Assembly (NCBI RefSeq): GCF_001194135.2 | Contig: NC_068985.1 | Location: forward strand, 42,828,871-42,892,870 | Origin: Octopus bimaculoides | Lineage: Eukaryota | Reading direction: 5' to 3' | Length of the DNA: 64,000 nt | Part shown: piece after piece, positions 63,706 to 64,000 of the stretch | Numbering within the stretch: position 1 is the first letter of the stretch | Layout of the letters: the number at the start of each line of letters is the position of its first letter | Made by a program: the position numbers and the translations under genes | Notes under the pieces: generated by a model | Told to the model about the DNA's origin: nothing | Database searches by the model: none | What the model saw: only the letters and a program-made list of their open reading frames with translations

Positions 63706-64000
63706 ATTATTATTATTATTGTTCAGTAGTTTTATTTTTATAACGTGCTTTCACTTCACTACCGAGCGCAGCTCTGTGCGCCTTGGGTATGTGCTGTGGT
63801 TTGCTGTGGTGCTCTTATGGTTACTGTATTGAAAGTGTTTTGCGTAGGATGTGTGCTGTGCCCAATAGTGCAATTTTCTGTATGTTATATATATTTGTAA
63901 GTCCTGGTGTTTTTGTTATGTATTTGTCTGAATATTTTTTTATTATACCTAAGGCACCTACTATAATAGGAATTGTTTCTGTTTTTAGATTCCACATTCG
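63703..64000 (-). mobile_element. 3' end of an R4/Dong-like (REL-endonuclease) non-LTR retrotransposon
   Basis: Open frame 64000-63821: RMWNLKTETIPIIVGALGIIKKYSDKYITKTPGLTNIYNIQKIALLGTAHILRKTLSIQ*, then a ~100-nt 3' UTR and an (AAT)n tail. IPIIVGALG and QKIALLGT motifs are typical of the R4-clade C-terminus. Confidence 0.8.

Noticed and set aside
48332-64000. Search for BICC1 exon 1 (RVDRKKLExMLQ-like, phase-1 donor)
   Set aside because: No matching peptide found by eye at candidate donors (for example 57739 or 55100). It probably lies beyond the window, though a diverged exon could have been missed.

Overview
AT-rich, microsatellite-dense animal genomic DNA with four N-gaps. The SINE families and repeat landscape look like an octopod cephalopod (inference). 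The whole window lies within or just upstream of one minus-strand gene, a Bicaudal-C (BICC1) orthologue. Seven GT-AG coding exons were read by hand and splice in frame: 48331-48288, 10584-10515, 9294-9215, 6951-6790, 4249-4196, 2743-2510 and 1652-1440. They encode the N-terminal KH/KH-like region (GQGETCESAGEFFKR-IMKETNTEVTWPSKLKIGAKSKK-DPHIK...GKGGNNIK...VSIAGQP...DLLPLVF...GRGDVNIK...RQQLI). I did not find the first exon or the downstream exons, including the SAM domain; they probably lie outside the window. The introns hold several SINE families, Tc1/mariner elements (a decayed DD37D/maT nested in a SINE, an internally deleted DD34D mariner, MITEs), a hAT-like MITE, L2/CR1 and RTE LINE fragments, Penelope-like tails, the open 3' end of an R4/Dong-like retrotransposon in a TAA tract, minisatellites and local duplications. 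Almost all other ORFs in the track are microsatellite or TE artefacts. I cannot establish a new biological system from sequence alone. The best leads concern RNA processing of BICC1: a GxxG-to-GxxD KH loop one A-to-I edit away from canonical, an exon beginning with a perfect 5' splice site, a minisatellite that mimics the adjacent exon/donor junction, and intronic fold-backs.
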